From positions 1-36,610 of the forward strand of contig JBBTRU010000056.1 of NCBI GenBank assembly GCA_038065015.1: a stretch of 36,610 bases of DNA. The letters are read 5' to 3'. This DNA comes from Patescibacteria group bacterium (GTDB lineage Bacteria; Patescibacteriota; Patescibacteriia; PEXW01). This document shows, piece after piece, positions 18,725 through 27,894 of this stretch (within the stretch, counting starts at the first letter, position 1; every line of letters begins with the position of its first letter). The notes under the pieces are model-generated. The model made no database searches. It saw nothing but the letters and a program-made list of their open reading frames with translations, and was not told the DNA's origin. The position numbers and the translations under genes are program-made.

Positions 18725-19579
18725 ATGCCAAAAGTTTCAGTACTCCTACCAGTCTACAACGGCGCTGACTACCTCCAGTACGCTATTGAGAGTATCCTCG
18801 CGCAAACATTTTTGGATTATGAGTTCATCATCGTGAACGATGGTTCCACAGATACATCAGAGGAAATTATTCAACACTACAGTGATGCTCGTATTCGCTA
18901 CCTCACTCAGCAGAACGTTGGACTAACGCTCACTTTGAACAGACTCATACGAGAAGCGAGAGGTGAACTCCTTGCTCGAATGGACCAGGATGATTGGTCT
19001 CACCCTGAGCGGCTACAGACCCAAGTGCAATTCATGAATCGTAACCCTCACGTGAAGATGTGCGGGACTTGGATTCAAGCAATGAATACCAAAAATCAAC
19101 CTATGTATACTTTCCATTACCCAGTTACCAATCACGCTATCCACGAAGAACTACTCCTCTCAAATCCATTCGCTCATGGTTCAGTAGTGATCCGGAAAAC
19201 AGATAATATCTTCTACCGCCCAGAGTACGATAACGCTGAAGATATTGATAATTGGGCTCGGCAGTGCATGCAGCATGAAGTTGCGAATATTCCTAAAACT
19301 CTCTACCATTGGCGCATAAACCCTAAAGGTATCACCCATTCTCGTGTTCAGCAGCAGCAAGAAGCGGCGCTTCGGGTTTTAAAGAACTACAGAGCATGGT
19401 ACTTGGCAAGCCCTTTCGTGAACCCTGTCACACTGGATGAAATCCGAACCGAGCGTAAGTTAACAGGCAGACGCATTCTCTGGAAGCGTAAAATAGCTCT
19501 TCAAAAGTTATTCCGTCAACTCAACCGGAAGGACTTGGTACAACGAGAGTGGCGATACCTCTGGCACATGCTAGTATAA
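18725..19579 (+). CDS. Glycosyltransferase family 2
   Basis: VSVLLPVYN, NDGSTD, ARMDQDD, FAHGSV and AED motifs. Confidence 0.92.
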   Translation: MPKVSVLLPVYNGADYLQYAIESILAQTFLDYEFIIVNDGSTDTSEEIIQHYSDARIRYLTQQNVGLTLTLNRLIREARGELLARMDQDDWSHPERLQTQVQFMNRNPHVKMCGTWIQAMNTKNQPMYTFHYPVTNHAIHEELLLSNPFAHGSVVIRKTDNIFYRPEYDNAEDIDNWARQCMQHEVANIPKTLYHWRINPKGITHSRVQQQQEAALRVLKNYRAWYLASPFVNPVTLDEIRTERKLTGRRILWKRKIALQKLFRQLNRKDLVQREWRYLWHMLV

Positions 19580-19583
19580 CTCT

Positions 19584-20588
19584 ATGAACGAGCTCAAAGG
19601 CAAAAATGTCCTCATATTCGGTGGCTTAGGCCTCATTGGCAGCAGCACTGCGCGTCTTTTTATCCAACATGGTGCTCACGTGACGATTGCTGACAATCGC
19701 ATGCCGCTCTACGGTGCAAACGACTTTAACGTGGCTGATCTAGAGGGAAAATTTACCCTTGAAATTGGTGATATCCGTGAACGTACCTTCGTCGACGCAA
19801 TCGTGAAAGACGCAGATTACATTCTCAATTTCGCTGCACAAGTTGACCACAACCGAAGCATTCAAGATCCAATCTTCGATAATCAACTCAACTGCATCGG
19901 CCACCTCAATGTCCTCATGGCTTGCAAAGAGTACAACCAGAAAGCAGTCATCTTCTACCCGGGTTCACGTTTGCAGTATGGGCGTATTACTTCCCTGCCG
20001 GTACGCGAGACGCATTCACGTGAGCCACTGAGTATCTACGCCATTCATAAAAACACAGCGGAGCAGTACTACCAAGCATTCTGGAAACACTACAAAATTC
20101 AATCGGTTTGCTTTCGAATTGCCAACCCGTACGGCCCAAGGTCACAAATGAAGCACTCGGGCTACAGCATATTGAACTGGTTCATTCGGTTGGCGATGGA
20201 AGAGAAGCCAATCACTGTGTACGGCGATGGAGCCCAACTCCGCGACTACATCTACATTGACGATCTCGCTGAGGCAATTGTGCGAGCAATTTCCACGCCA
20301 GCGTGCGTCGGAGAAGTCTTCAACGCGGGTTCGGGTGTCGGAACGAAATTCATCGATATGGCAAATCTTGTTGTCGAAATAGCTGGTCAGGGAAAGGTCG
20401 AGCAAGTCCCTTGGCCAAAGCAGTACGACCACTTTGAGACTGGGGACTTCTACTCTGACGTGCAAAAACTACAGACTGCCTCACAGTGGCAACCCACGAC
20501 TTCGCTCAAGGAGGGTATAGCGAAGACGCTCGCCTACTACAATAAGTACGGTTCGTACTACTGGGACATGATGCACAAGACTGCCTGA
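19584..20588 (+). CDS. NAD-dependent epimerase/dehydratase (nucleotide-sugar 4-epimerase-like)
   Basis: GGLGLIGS, YAIHK, NPYGPR and GDGAQLRDYIYIDD motifs. Confidence 0.9.
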   Translation: MNELKGKNVLIFGGLGLIGSSTARLFIQHGAHVTIADNRMPLYGANDFNVADLEGKFTLEIGDIRERTFVDAIVKDADYILNFAAQVDHNRSIQDPIFDNQLNCIGHLNVLMACKEYNQKAVIFYPGSRLQYGRITSLPVRETHSREPLSIYAIHKNTAEQYYQAFWKHYKIQSVCFRIANPYGPRSQMKHSGYSILNWFIRLAMEEKPITVYGDGAQLRDYIYIDDLAEAIVRAISTPACVGEVFNAGSGVGTKFIDMANLVVEIAGQGKVEQVPWPKQYDHFETGDFYSDVQKLQTASQWQPTTSLKEGIAKTLAYYNKYGSYYWDMMHKTA

Positions 20589-20603
20589 ATCTACAACGCG
20601 TTC

Positions 20604-21476
20604 ATGGATAGCAGAACACCGCCACTCGTTTCCGTCATCATGCCAGTGTATAATGCTGAGCAATATTTGCGCACAGCAATTGAGAGCATCCTAAGGCAAA
20701 CGTTTACTAACTTTGAGTTTCTCATAGTAAATGACGGGTCCACAGACAAGTCCGGCGACATTCTCCAAAGCTATACCGACCCTCGGGTAAAAATTATTAC
20801 CCAAAGCCAATCTGGCCTTGTTAGCTCTTTAAATCGACTCCTTGATCTTGCTCAAGGAACTTACATTGCGAGAATGGATGCTGATGACGAATCTGCACCG
20901 ACTCGTTTTGCAGAACAACTATCTTGGTTCAAGGAGAACCCGAACGGGATTCTAGTCGGGAGTTGGACAGAAGTAATGGACGAAGATGGCCATGAAATAG
21001 AACAAGCTCGCTACCCATTGGCAGATAGCTTTTGCAGAATAGCGCTCATAACGGGGAACGCTTTTGCACACGGTGCAGTTATGTTCCGTCGGGGTGAATA
21101 CCGGTACCGCAAAGATTATAATTTCGCTGAAGATTACGATCTGTGGCGCCGACTGGCTACGCTAGGGACAATTGGTAATATGCCTCGCTACCTTTACCAC
21201 TGGCGTACCCATAGTCAGAGTATTTCTCACCAGAACACGAAACAGCAATTACGAATTGATAAGAAGATTCAACGCGAATACCGTAAAGAGAATTTGCTTC
21301 CTGAGTATACCGAAATTGCATCTGGTGCTCCTCGAGAAGTCAGAGGTCGTGGTCGGTTACGTACTATGAATAGCCTTTTACGATTTACTCGTACCCTTGG
21401 GTTTTTCCGCCCATTCCGCATCTTGCAATTAGGTTGGCTAACCTTACGTATTCTGGTAGGTTACCGTACACAATGA
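20604..21476 (+). CDS. Glycosyltransferase family 2
   Basis: VSVIMPVYN, NDGSTD, ARMDADD, FAHGAV and AEDYDLW; same subfamily as 18725..19579. Confidence 0.92.
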   Translation: MDSRTPPLVSVIMPVYNAEQYLRTAIESILRQTFTNFEFLIVNDGSTDKSGDILQSYTDPRVKIITQSQSGLVSSLNRLLDLAQGTYIARMDADDESAPTRFAEQLSWFKENPNGILVGSWTEVMDEDGHEIEQARYPLADSFCRIALITGNAFAHGAVMFRRGEYRYRKDYNFAEDYDLWRRLATLGTIGNMPRYLYHWRTHSQSISHQNTKQQLRIDKKIQREYRKENLLPEYTEIASGAPREVRGRGRLRTMNSLLRFTRTLGFFRPFRILQLGWLTLRILVGYRTQ

Positions 21477-22570
21477 ATATCTGTTTCATCGCAATCACTC
21501 CGTACCCCGGCTACACGTTCCCGGAATTACGCAATGCCGCAGCTGAACTCAGCAAGCTTGGGTATGCTGTCATAGTGATCGCAACCCACCAAGCAAACGA
21601 GACACTCCAGGAAGTAAGTGAAAACATTACTATTGTTAGGCTTCCGGTCAGAAATCGCTGGCAAATAGAGACATTCTTCTGGCGCGCAGCTCGCCGTGCA
21701 AAAAAAATGAACTCGGATATTGTTCATGTCTTCTGGCGTTTTGGAGCTGGAATTGTCCCCTGCGTTGTCGGGCGTCAGAAATGTTTACTCGATATTCGAA
21801 CTGGAAGTATTGCTGAACGTACCTGGCGGCGGCAATTCGAAAATGCCTTACTGCAGCTAGACAGTGCATTCTTCCATTTCAGATCGACATTAGATGAGTC
21901 ACTTGCGAAACACCTTCGAATTCACGTCGATGGGTATATACCAGAGGGTATACCGCAGAGCATGTTGACCAATATCGATAGGGACCAGCGCCAAGAAATT
22001 CGGAAAAAACTAGGTTGGCATGGGAACGAAATTGTTGGCATCTACATTGGCACTGCGTACTTACGTCACCTGGACCAACTCTTCGAAGGGTGGGGTGCTA
22101 CGAGATCGAAGAACCCAAGCATTCGTCTTGTGATTATTGGTGACGCGATACGCCAGAAGCAACTCAGTCACTTTGTACGTGCAGCAAATAGCAGTCTTAC
22201 TTTCCATCCGAGCATGCCACCAGAGCAACTTTGGCCCATACTCATGGCTGCTGACTTTGGCGTTGCGTACGTCCCGAATACTCCAGGATTTTCGCACCAG
22301 CAATCGACAAAGATACTCGAGTACGTAGCTGCGGGTCTTCCAGTTCTGGCTACCAGTACCCCAGCGAACATGCGCTTCATTGAAGACGGCAAAAATGGTT
22401 GGCTCATCGATGATACACCAAAAGGCGTTGCCGTTGGGTTAGAGAAAATGCTTCACTGGTTACCTACTTTTCGGAAAGAGTCTCTCGGAAACCAATCACT
22501 CGCCCGAGAATACGCGTGGCCAAGGATTGTGCAGCAACGCATACTCCCGATCTATCGAAGCATAACATGA
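21473..22570 (+). CDS. Glycosyltransferase family 4
   Basis: GT-B layout with STKILEYVAAGLPV; ATGA overlap with the upstream stop supports the 21473 start. Confidence 0.85.
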   Translation: MNICFIAITPYPGYTFPELRNAAAELSKLGYAVIVIATHQANETLQEVSENITIVRLPVRNRWQIETFFWRAARRAKKMNSDIVHVFWRFGAGIVPCVVGRQKCLLDIRTGSIAERTWRRQFENALLQLDSAFFHFRSTLDESLAKHLRIHVDGYIPEGIPQSMLTNIDRDQRQEIRKKLGWHGNEIVGIYIGTAYLRHLDQLFEGWGATRSKNPSIRLVIIGDAIRQKQLSHFVRAANSSLTFHPSMPPEQLWPILMAADFGVAYVPNTPGFSHQQSTKILEYVAAGLPVLATSTPANMRFIEDGKNGWLIDDTPKGVAVGLEKMLHWLPTFRKESLGNQSLAREYAWPRIVQQRILPIYRSIT

Positions 22571-23649
22571 AGACAATCGTCCATATTGGCTTCGGCGGAG
22601 GAGTGACAACGATGATGCGGGATCTGAGTTCAGTAATGCCAGGAGTCCGTTCACTGGCAGCTCCCTTCGGTCCATCAACCACCCCGACCGACTCGACCGA
22701 TGAGAGTTTCGTATGGCAAGGTAGGTTCCGATTCGATAGGTACTTTGCAAATACTTGGAAATTGTACCGCTGGCTTCAGCGAATACACCCCGAACTCGTC
22801 GTCCTCCATGGTTTCATACCTATGGTGTTCCTGAGCTTGCCAGCCAAGAAGGCGGGCGTTGCGACCATCGTTGGGATCGATGTAGGACCACAGCCGACCT
22901 ATAGACTAGCAAAGAAAATGCTCTTCTGGTTTAGCCGTCATGCACTTACCCAAGTTGCTTCCGTGAGTCAGGGGTCAGCGGAGTGGTTTGCAAACGCGTA
23001 CCCGTGGTTACGGAACCGAGTGAAGACAATTGTGATAGGAGTCGACATGCCAGCGAGCGGTCCCCAACGAAATCGTTTACAAAAACCGCCATACGTAATT
23101 ACCACAATATCGCGAATGGATGCTCCCCAGAAAGATCCAGTGACTCTAGTCCGCGCGGCCGCGCTCCTCGTAGAGCGTAAACTACCAGTGAGAATTCAAC
23201 TCATCGGCGATGGGAATTTGCTCCCTGCGCTGAACAAGCTCACCAGCGCTCTCGGTGTAAAAGAGCACGTGTATTTTCTGGGCCACCGTTCGGACCTTCA
23301 AGCAATCTTGGATGGTAGTGACATTTTCGTACTAGCAACAAACTGGGAGGGATTGTCGCTGAGCATGCTCATGGCTATGGCTTCGGACCTACCGGTAGTA
23401 GCGAGTAAGGTAGTCGGCGTTGCCGACGTCATCTCCGATGGTCAAACAGGCCGGCTATTCCGTAATGGTGACTACGGGCAACTCGCCGTTATCATCGAAG
23501 ATTTAATCAAAAATCCATCCCAAGCAAAAACCATGGGTATACTTGCAGCAGCCGATGCAAGTGAGAAATATCGACGATCGCGGATGATCGATGAATACCA
23601 CCAGTGGTTTGTTGAACTCTTAGAAGAAAAGTCAACCTTGGACAGGTAA
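22567..23649 (+). CDS. Glycosyltransferase family 4
   Basis: SRMDAPQKD, DIFVLATNWEGL and LPVVASKVVG; ATGA overlap at 22567. Confidence 0.88.
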   Translation: MKTIVHIGFGGGVTTMMRDLSSVMPGVRSLAAPFGPSTTPTDSTDESFVWQGRFRFDRYFANTWKLYRWLQRIHPELVVLHGFIPMVFLSLPAKKAGVATIVGIDVGPQPTYRLAKKMLFWFSRHALTQVASVSQGSAEWFANAYPWLRNRVKTIVIGVDMPASGPQRNRLQKPPYVITTISRMDAPQKDPVTLVRAAALLVERKLPVRIQLIGDGNLLPALNKLTSALGVKEHVYFLGHRSDLQAILDGSDIFVLATNWEGLSLSMLMAMASDLPVVASKVVGVADVISDGQTGRLFRNGDYGQLAVIIEDLIKNPSQAKTMGILAAADASEKYRRSRMIDEYHQWFVELLEEKSTLDR

Positions 23650-23674
23650 GAAGACTATAGGTTGTAGTGTATTC

Positions 23675-25765
23675 TTAGATTGATTGCGTAGTTGGGCACG
23701 ACGTACGAAGAACACTTACGTTTTGGCTAAGGTTGTGTTCAACTTGAAATATCTGTCTAAGCTGCATCTGCTTGTTCGAATCCATATCGCTAGTAAGAGG
23801 GATTGGTGTTTTCAAGAAATACACTCGGTTAACTGCATACGTTGAACAAATCTCTTGTATAACTCTTGCAGATGGGTTCGTAACGAATGCTTGATAGAAT
23901 GCGTACAAGCTGCCATTGGGGTACCAGTAGTATGCGTACCTGTTACCAGAACTTGCAAACCCAGCGGCAGAAGTGACTTCGTCGGTGAGGACGACGTACG
24001 ATGCGGTTGCTGCTTGAGCATCGCTGTTAATGTAGTGTATAGCCTGCAGCTCAACATTTGAAACACTCCACCCAAAGTGATATTTTGATGGGCTTGTGAG
24101 CGTTGCGATGAGTACGCTAGTGAGAACCCCTAGTGCAATAACGACAATTCGCTCTCGTTTCCTTATGGCCCAATGCACAGCAAGTGCAAGGCTGAGACCA
24201 GCGAGTAAGGCACGAGTTGCATCGAAGATGAAGGGTACACGGCTCGTGAAAGGGACGTACGCATCTTTAAATATGCTCAGGGCGATAACATCGACGGCAA
24301 GCGCAAAAGATACTGTTGCTGCTAATATAAATACATTACGGTAACTGTAATAGAGCCACACCAGCGATGCTATCATGCTTAACGTAAGTATACCTGAGAA
24401 AGTACGTAGGGTGAGGAGACTAGCAATCCAATTACGCCCAGAAGATGTAAATACATATACAGCATTTTCTTGGAAAGCATTAGTTACTTGTGCATGTTGC
24501 AAAAAGTAGTCAAGCATTGGGATGACTGCAGCGAAGAGTAACCCAGCGCAAATCACAATAGGAAACGTTAACCGACGAAAGGTGTATCTACGGAGTAAGT
24601 AAGCAAGAAGAATAACAACACCACAAATAAAGCCCGTCGTTGGGTACGCAGCTAAGGCGAGAAGTCCAATAATGATATGAATAAAGGAAATCTTGACATC
24701 TCTATGGAGAAGGTACCGAATCCATAGCCAGCTTGTCAGTAGCAACGCGGCAATTCCAAGCGAGCGTACGTTCAGTGCAGGATCAAGACTTAGGTAAAAT
24801 GCTGCTAAACTGCCGGCAAGTGCCATGAGAGCCGCGCTGCGTTTATTGCGTGATAAATCGAGACCTGCTGCGTAGAGTAGGACGGCAAGGAGTCCAGGGA
24901 GAAAGATGCTAAGGCCAGTGAATGCAGTCGTTACGGAAAGTTTTGTCCAATAAGCAAAGAATGGCAAAACCACGTAGAGTGACGCATTTGGTACTTTTTC
25001 AGATGAAAATTGGACAAGTGTTTGAAAATTCGTTGGTTCATAAACCTGCCCCTGAACGACTTGCTCAGCAATGCCAACATGTCTCCAGCTATCTGCGCCG
25101 TAGAGATTATCAACTGCAAAAGTGAAAGTTAGTGTAAACGCAAGTGTTGCGACAATAATGAAGAAGAGTGCATGGAGAGAACGTCCAAAGACCGCAAAGA
25201 GGTAGCTAACGAACGCGAACAAAACGACTACCGTAATTGGGACTACTGTAGCTAAACTCCCAGTGTAGAGGTGAGGTGCTTGCGCAATGCGGTAAAGGTA
25301 ATACCCTACAAGGCCAACGCAGGTAAAACCGAGGATGGTAAGCAACCATATCGTACGGCCCTGGAGAAGGTAGCTCTGCGATGGAGACCTTTCGACGGAA
25401 GCTTCTTCACTCGTAGCAATATACGTTCGAGACCAGTACCAATACATTCCAAGTGTAAGTGCAAGAGCTGCAATGAATGCAGTCGCCTGTGTAAGATCGT
25501 TTAACCGATAGAAATAGTAGAAAGGGAGCATCGCGAAAATGTGCGTTGCAAATACACTCAGAATGCCAAAGGTAACTTTTACACTCCTAGCACTGCGTAT
25601 AGGTGAGTACCGAGAAGCAACCCATCCATGGCTCAAAAAATACAGGCAAAAGAAAATGAGCCCGACGAGCGGTGAATGTAAGGCAAACTGATTTCCAATG
25701 AGTACGAGAACACTAACACCAAGAACCACAAATGGATAAAGTTTACGAGGCAACTGCGGTTTCAT
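23675..25765 (-). CDS. Polytopic membrane protein, putative GT-C superfamily glycosyltransferase
   Basis: More than 12 hydrophobic segments, a loop motif GADSWRH after the N-terminal TM bundle and a C-terminal soluble domain (ELQAIHYIN...VVLTDE). ATG 25765 preferred. Confidence 0.6.
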   Translation of the reverse strand: MKPQLPRKLYPFVVLGVSVLVLIGNQFALHSPLVGLIFFCLYFLSHGWVASRYSPIRSARSVKVTFGILSVFATHIFAMLPFYYFYRLNDLTQATAFIAALALTLGMYWYWSRTYIATSEEASVERSPSQSYLLQGRTIWLLTILGFTCVGLVGYYLYRIAQAPHLYTGSLATVVPITVVVLFAFVSYLFAVFGRSLHALFFIIVATLAFTLTFTFAVDNLYGADSWRHVGIAEQVVQGQVYEPTNFQTLVQFSSEKVPNASLYVVLPFFAYWTKLSVTTAFTGLSIFLPGLLAVLLYAAGLDLSRNKRSAALMALAGSLAAFYLSLDPALNVRSLGIAALLLTSWLWIRYLLHRDVKISFIHIIIGLLALAAYPTTGFICGVVILLAYLLRRYTFRRLTFPIVICAGLLFAAVIPMLDYFLQHAQVTNAFQENAVYVFTSSGRNWIASLLTLRTFSGILTLSMIASLVWLYYSYRNVFILAATVSFALAVDVIALSIFKDAYVPFTSRVPFIFDATRALLAGLSLALAVHWAIRKRERIVVIALGVLTSVLIATLTSPSKYHFGWSVSNVELQAIHYINSDAQAATASYVVLTDEVTSAAGFASSGNRYAYYWYPNGSLYAFYQAFVTNPSARVIQEICSTYAVNRVYFLKTPIPLTSDMDSNKQMQLRQIFQVEHNLSQNVSVLRTSCPTTQSI

Positions 25766-26876
25766 AGGTTGAAATAAAATCAGTCGCAATTTCATCCCAG
25801 GTGGGGAAGGAACGAACGCGCCGTTGCGCTTGCTCACCGAGCTGTTTCCGAAGTGATGGCTCGCGCAGAAGGTGGTTCAAATGGCTCGTGAGTTGTTCTA
25901 AATTCCCTGGTGGGTATAGCCTTCCCTCATTTGTGCTTTGAAGTATTTCTCTAGTGCCCCCGACATCAGTTGCGACGATTGCTCGACCAAGAACCGCTGC
26001 CTCCAGTACTGTTGTTGGCATACCTTCGGTATACGAAGGATTCACGACAATATCAGCAATTGCGAGGTACTGAAGAACCTGCTGGTGTTCAAGTACACCC
26101 ATAAATTGCACTTCGCAGTGCGCCTGTGGTAATTGTTCTAATGTTTTTCGGTACGGACCATCACCAATGATGCAAAATACAAGGCACGGATATTGAAGTC
26201 TTGGGAGAATAGCAAGGATATCCTGCACACCCTTCGCTTCGATGAGTCTACCAGCGAATACGAGGATAAGGTCATTCGCTGAATAACCTAAACTTTCTCT
26301 AGGTAAAAATTTGACACCTTGCAGTTGCTGAGCACCTACCGGAATGATTCTCACATGCTTTGCACCAAGAGATTGAGAGAATACCTCTGCAGCGTGCGAT
26401 ACCGCAGTCACTTTGCGTGCGCATCGAAATGGGAAACGTCCCAAGATTTGATCAAATGTTCGCGCAATGAATGACTGGTATAACTGTGAAAGCTGGGGTG
26501 AACTTGAACCGTGTTCGGTATGCACCTGTGGTATTCGTCTCCATCTTGCGAGGAGACTCATGAGAAAAGTAAGCAAGTAGAAGCGAGTATGAGTATGGTA
26601 GACGTCGTACTTCCTATGCTTCAAATTTCGTATTGTAGCAAAATTTCTCATCGTAAATTTCGGAATTGGGTACATTCCATTAAGAAAATTCCAGGCATCA
26701 AGTCGGAAGATACGTCCGAATGCAAAAGTCTCTTCAGAAGGAGCGTCTTCAGTGTTGCAGGTCAGTACATCGGTCTCTACACCACGCTGAAAAAGCGAAG
26801 TTGCAAGATTGAACACGTAACTCTCTACTCCACCTTTGTGTGGAGAGAAGAATGATGTTATTGCGAGCACCTTCAT
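25743..26876 (-). CDS. Glycosyltransferase family 4
   Basis: PHKGGVE, HTEHG, GRLIEAKG, EGMPTTVLEA and TDVGG motifs. Confidence 0.92.
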   Translation of the reverse strand: MKVLAITSFFSPHKGGVESYVFNLATSLFQRGVETDVLTCNTEDAPSEETFAFGRIFRLDAWNFLNGMYPIPKFTMRNFATIRNLKHRKYDVYHTHTRFYLLTFLMSLLARWRRIPQVHTEHGSSSPQLSQLYQSFIARTFDQILGRFPFRCARKVTAVSHAAEVFSQSLGAKHVRIIPVGAQQLQGVKFLPRESLGYSANDLILVFAGRLIEAKGVQDILAILPRLQYPCLVFCIIGDGPYRKTLEQLPQAHCEVQFMGVLEHQQVLQYLAIADIVVNPSYTEGMPTTVLEAAVLGRAIVATDVGGTREILQSTNEGRLYPPGNLEQLTSHLNHLLREPSLRKQLGEQAQRRVRSFPTWDEIATDFISTYETAVAS

Positions 26877-26888
26877 TTTTCGCGCGTC

Positions 26889-27218
26889 TTACTTCCTCCC
26901 CTTATCGCGGAGGGCAAAATTTCGAACTACCGCAGAAATTTCGTGTTCTATCCACTCGAGTTTAACGTAAACTCGAAATACTGCATAGAAGAGCCCGACG
27001 ACTGCTATTGCCAGTAGCGCCTCCACACCTCTACCGACTCCCAGAATGCGGGCAATAGTATCGCTTGAGGCTGGTTTCCACACAAAGAAGCCTATGATAA
27101 GCCAAATCAATGTCCAAAAAAGTAGTGCAAATATACCAAAACTCTTTTCTCGATATCGAAGAATGGCACGTGAAAGTGCAAAGGCGACAAAAAGTGAAAT
27201 GATTATTTTTATAACCAC
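26889..27218 (-). CDS. DUF2304 family small membrane protein
   Basis: Three TM segments, IARILGVGRG and C-terminal EHEISAVVRNFAL, directly after a DPM-like GT2. Confidence 0.85.
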   Translation of the reverse strand: MVIKIIISLFVAFALSRAILRYREKSFGIFALLFWTLIWLIIGFFVWKPASSDTIARILGVGRGVEALLAIAVVGLFYAVFRVYVKLEWIEHEISAVVRNFALRDKGRK

Positions 27219-27219
27219 G

Positions 27220-27894
27220 TTATTTCAATTTATGGACAAAAATTTTTAAAAGAATCTTAAAAAAATCCCCTAGGTGCTGACCTTTTGCAAGTGAATACTC
27301 TGTATAGTGTACAGTTACGGGTACTTCGCAAAACGAAATGTGTTTGCGGCCAATCTCTTCGAGAATTTCAGATGCATGCGCCATGCGATCTTGATTGAAA
27401 CGGATATTCCGGGCTGCTGCTGCAGTCATTGCTCGCAAGCCGTTATGCGTATCTGTTAATTGCAAACCTGTACTAACGTTTGTAAAAATTACGGCTAAAC
27501 GATGTAAAACCTTTCGAGTATATGGAACTTTCTGTTGGGAGAGCTCAGTCAAATAACGTGAACCGAGCGTTACCTGAACTTCCCCCCTTTCGATTGGTGC
27601 GAGAAGGGCGACAATATCACTCACCTGATGCTGACCATCAGCATCATAAGTGACAATAACTTCTGCGCCTTGTCCCAGCGCGTATTGGATTCCGGTTTTC
27701 AATGCTGCACCTTGCCCACGGTTAATGAGGTGCGCAAGAACGTCTTGGGTATACTCCCGCGCAATAGCCGCCGTGTTATCGTCAGATGCATCGTCAACAA
27801 CAACGACATGATACCCAAGCGGCTGCAGAGCTTGTAATACATGACGTATTACTTGTCCCTCATTGAACGCGGGAATAACAACAAAAGTTTTCAT
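27220..27894 (-). CDS. Polyprenol-phosphate glycosyltransferase (DPM1-like GT2)
   Basis: IPAFNE, HLINRGQGAAL, DADGQH, GSR and TDTHNGLRA motifs. Confidence 0.9.
   Translation of the reverse strand: MKTFVVIPAFNEGQVIRHVLQALQPLGYHVVVVDDASDDNTAAIAREYTQDVLAHLINRGQGAALKTGIQYALGQGAEVIVTYDADGQHQVSDIVALLAPIERGEVQVTLGSRYLTELSQQKVPYTRKVLHRLAVIFTNVSTGLQLTDTHNGLRAMTAAAARNIRFNQDRMAHASEILEEIGRKHISFCEVPVTVHYTEYSLAKGQHLGDFFKILLKIFVHKLK

Noticed and set aside
18725-21476. Two similar GT2 genes as a recent duplication
   Set aside because: They share family motifs but differ widely in DNA and in their C-termini; multiple GT2s are ordinary in such loci.
4613-23660. ACTATAG at both ends of the plus-strand block (4613-4619 and 23654-23660) as att or inversion sites
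   Set aside because: Only 7 bp in AT-rich spacers, one copy is the -10 box, and no recombinase is present; compatible with chance.
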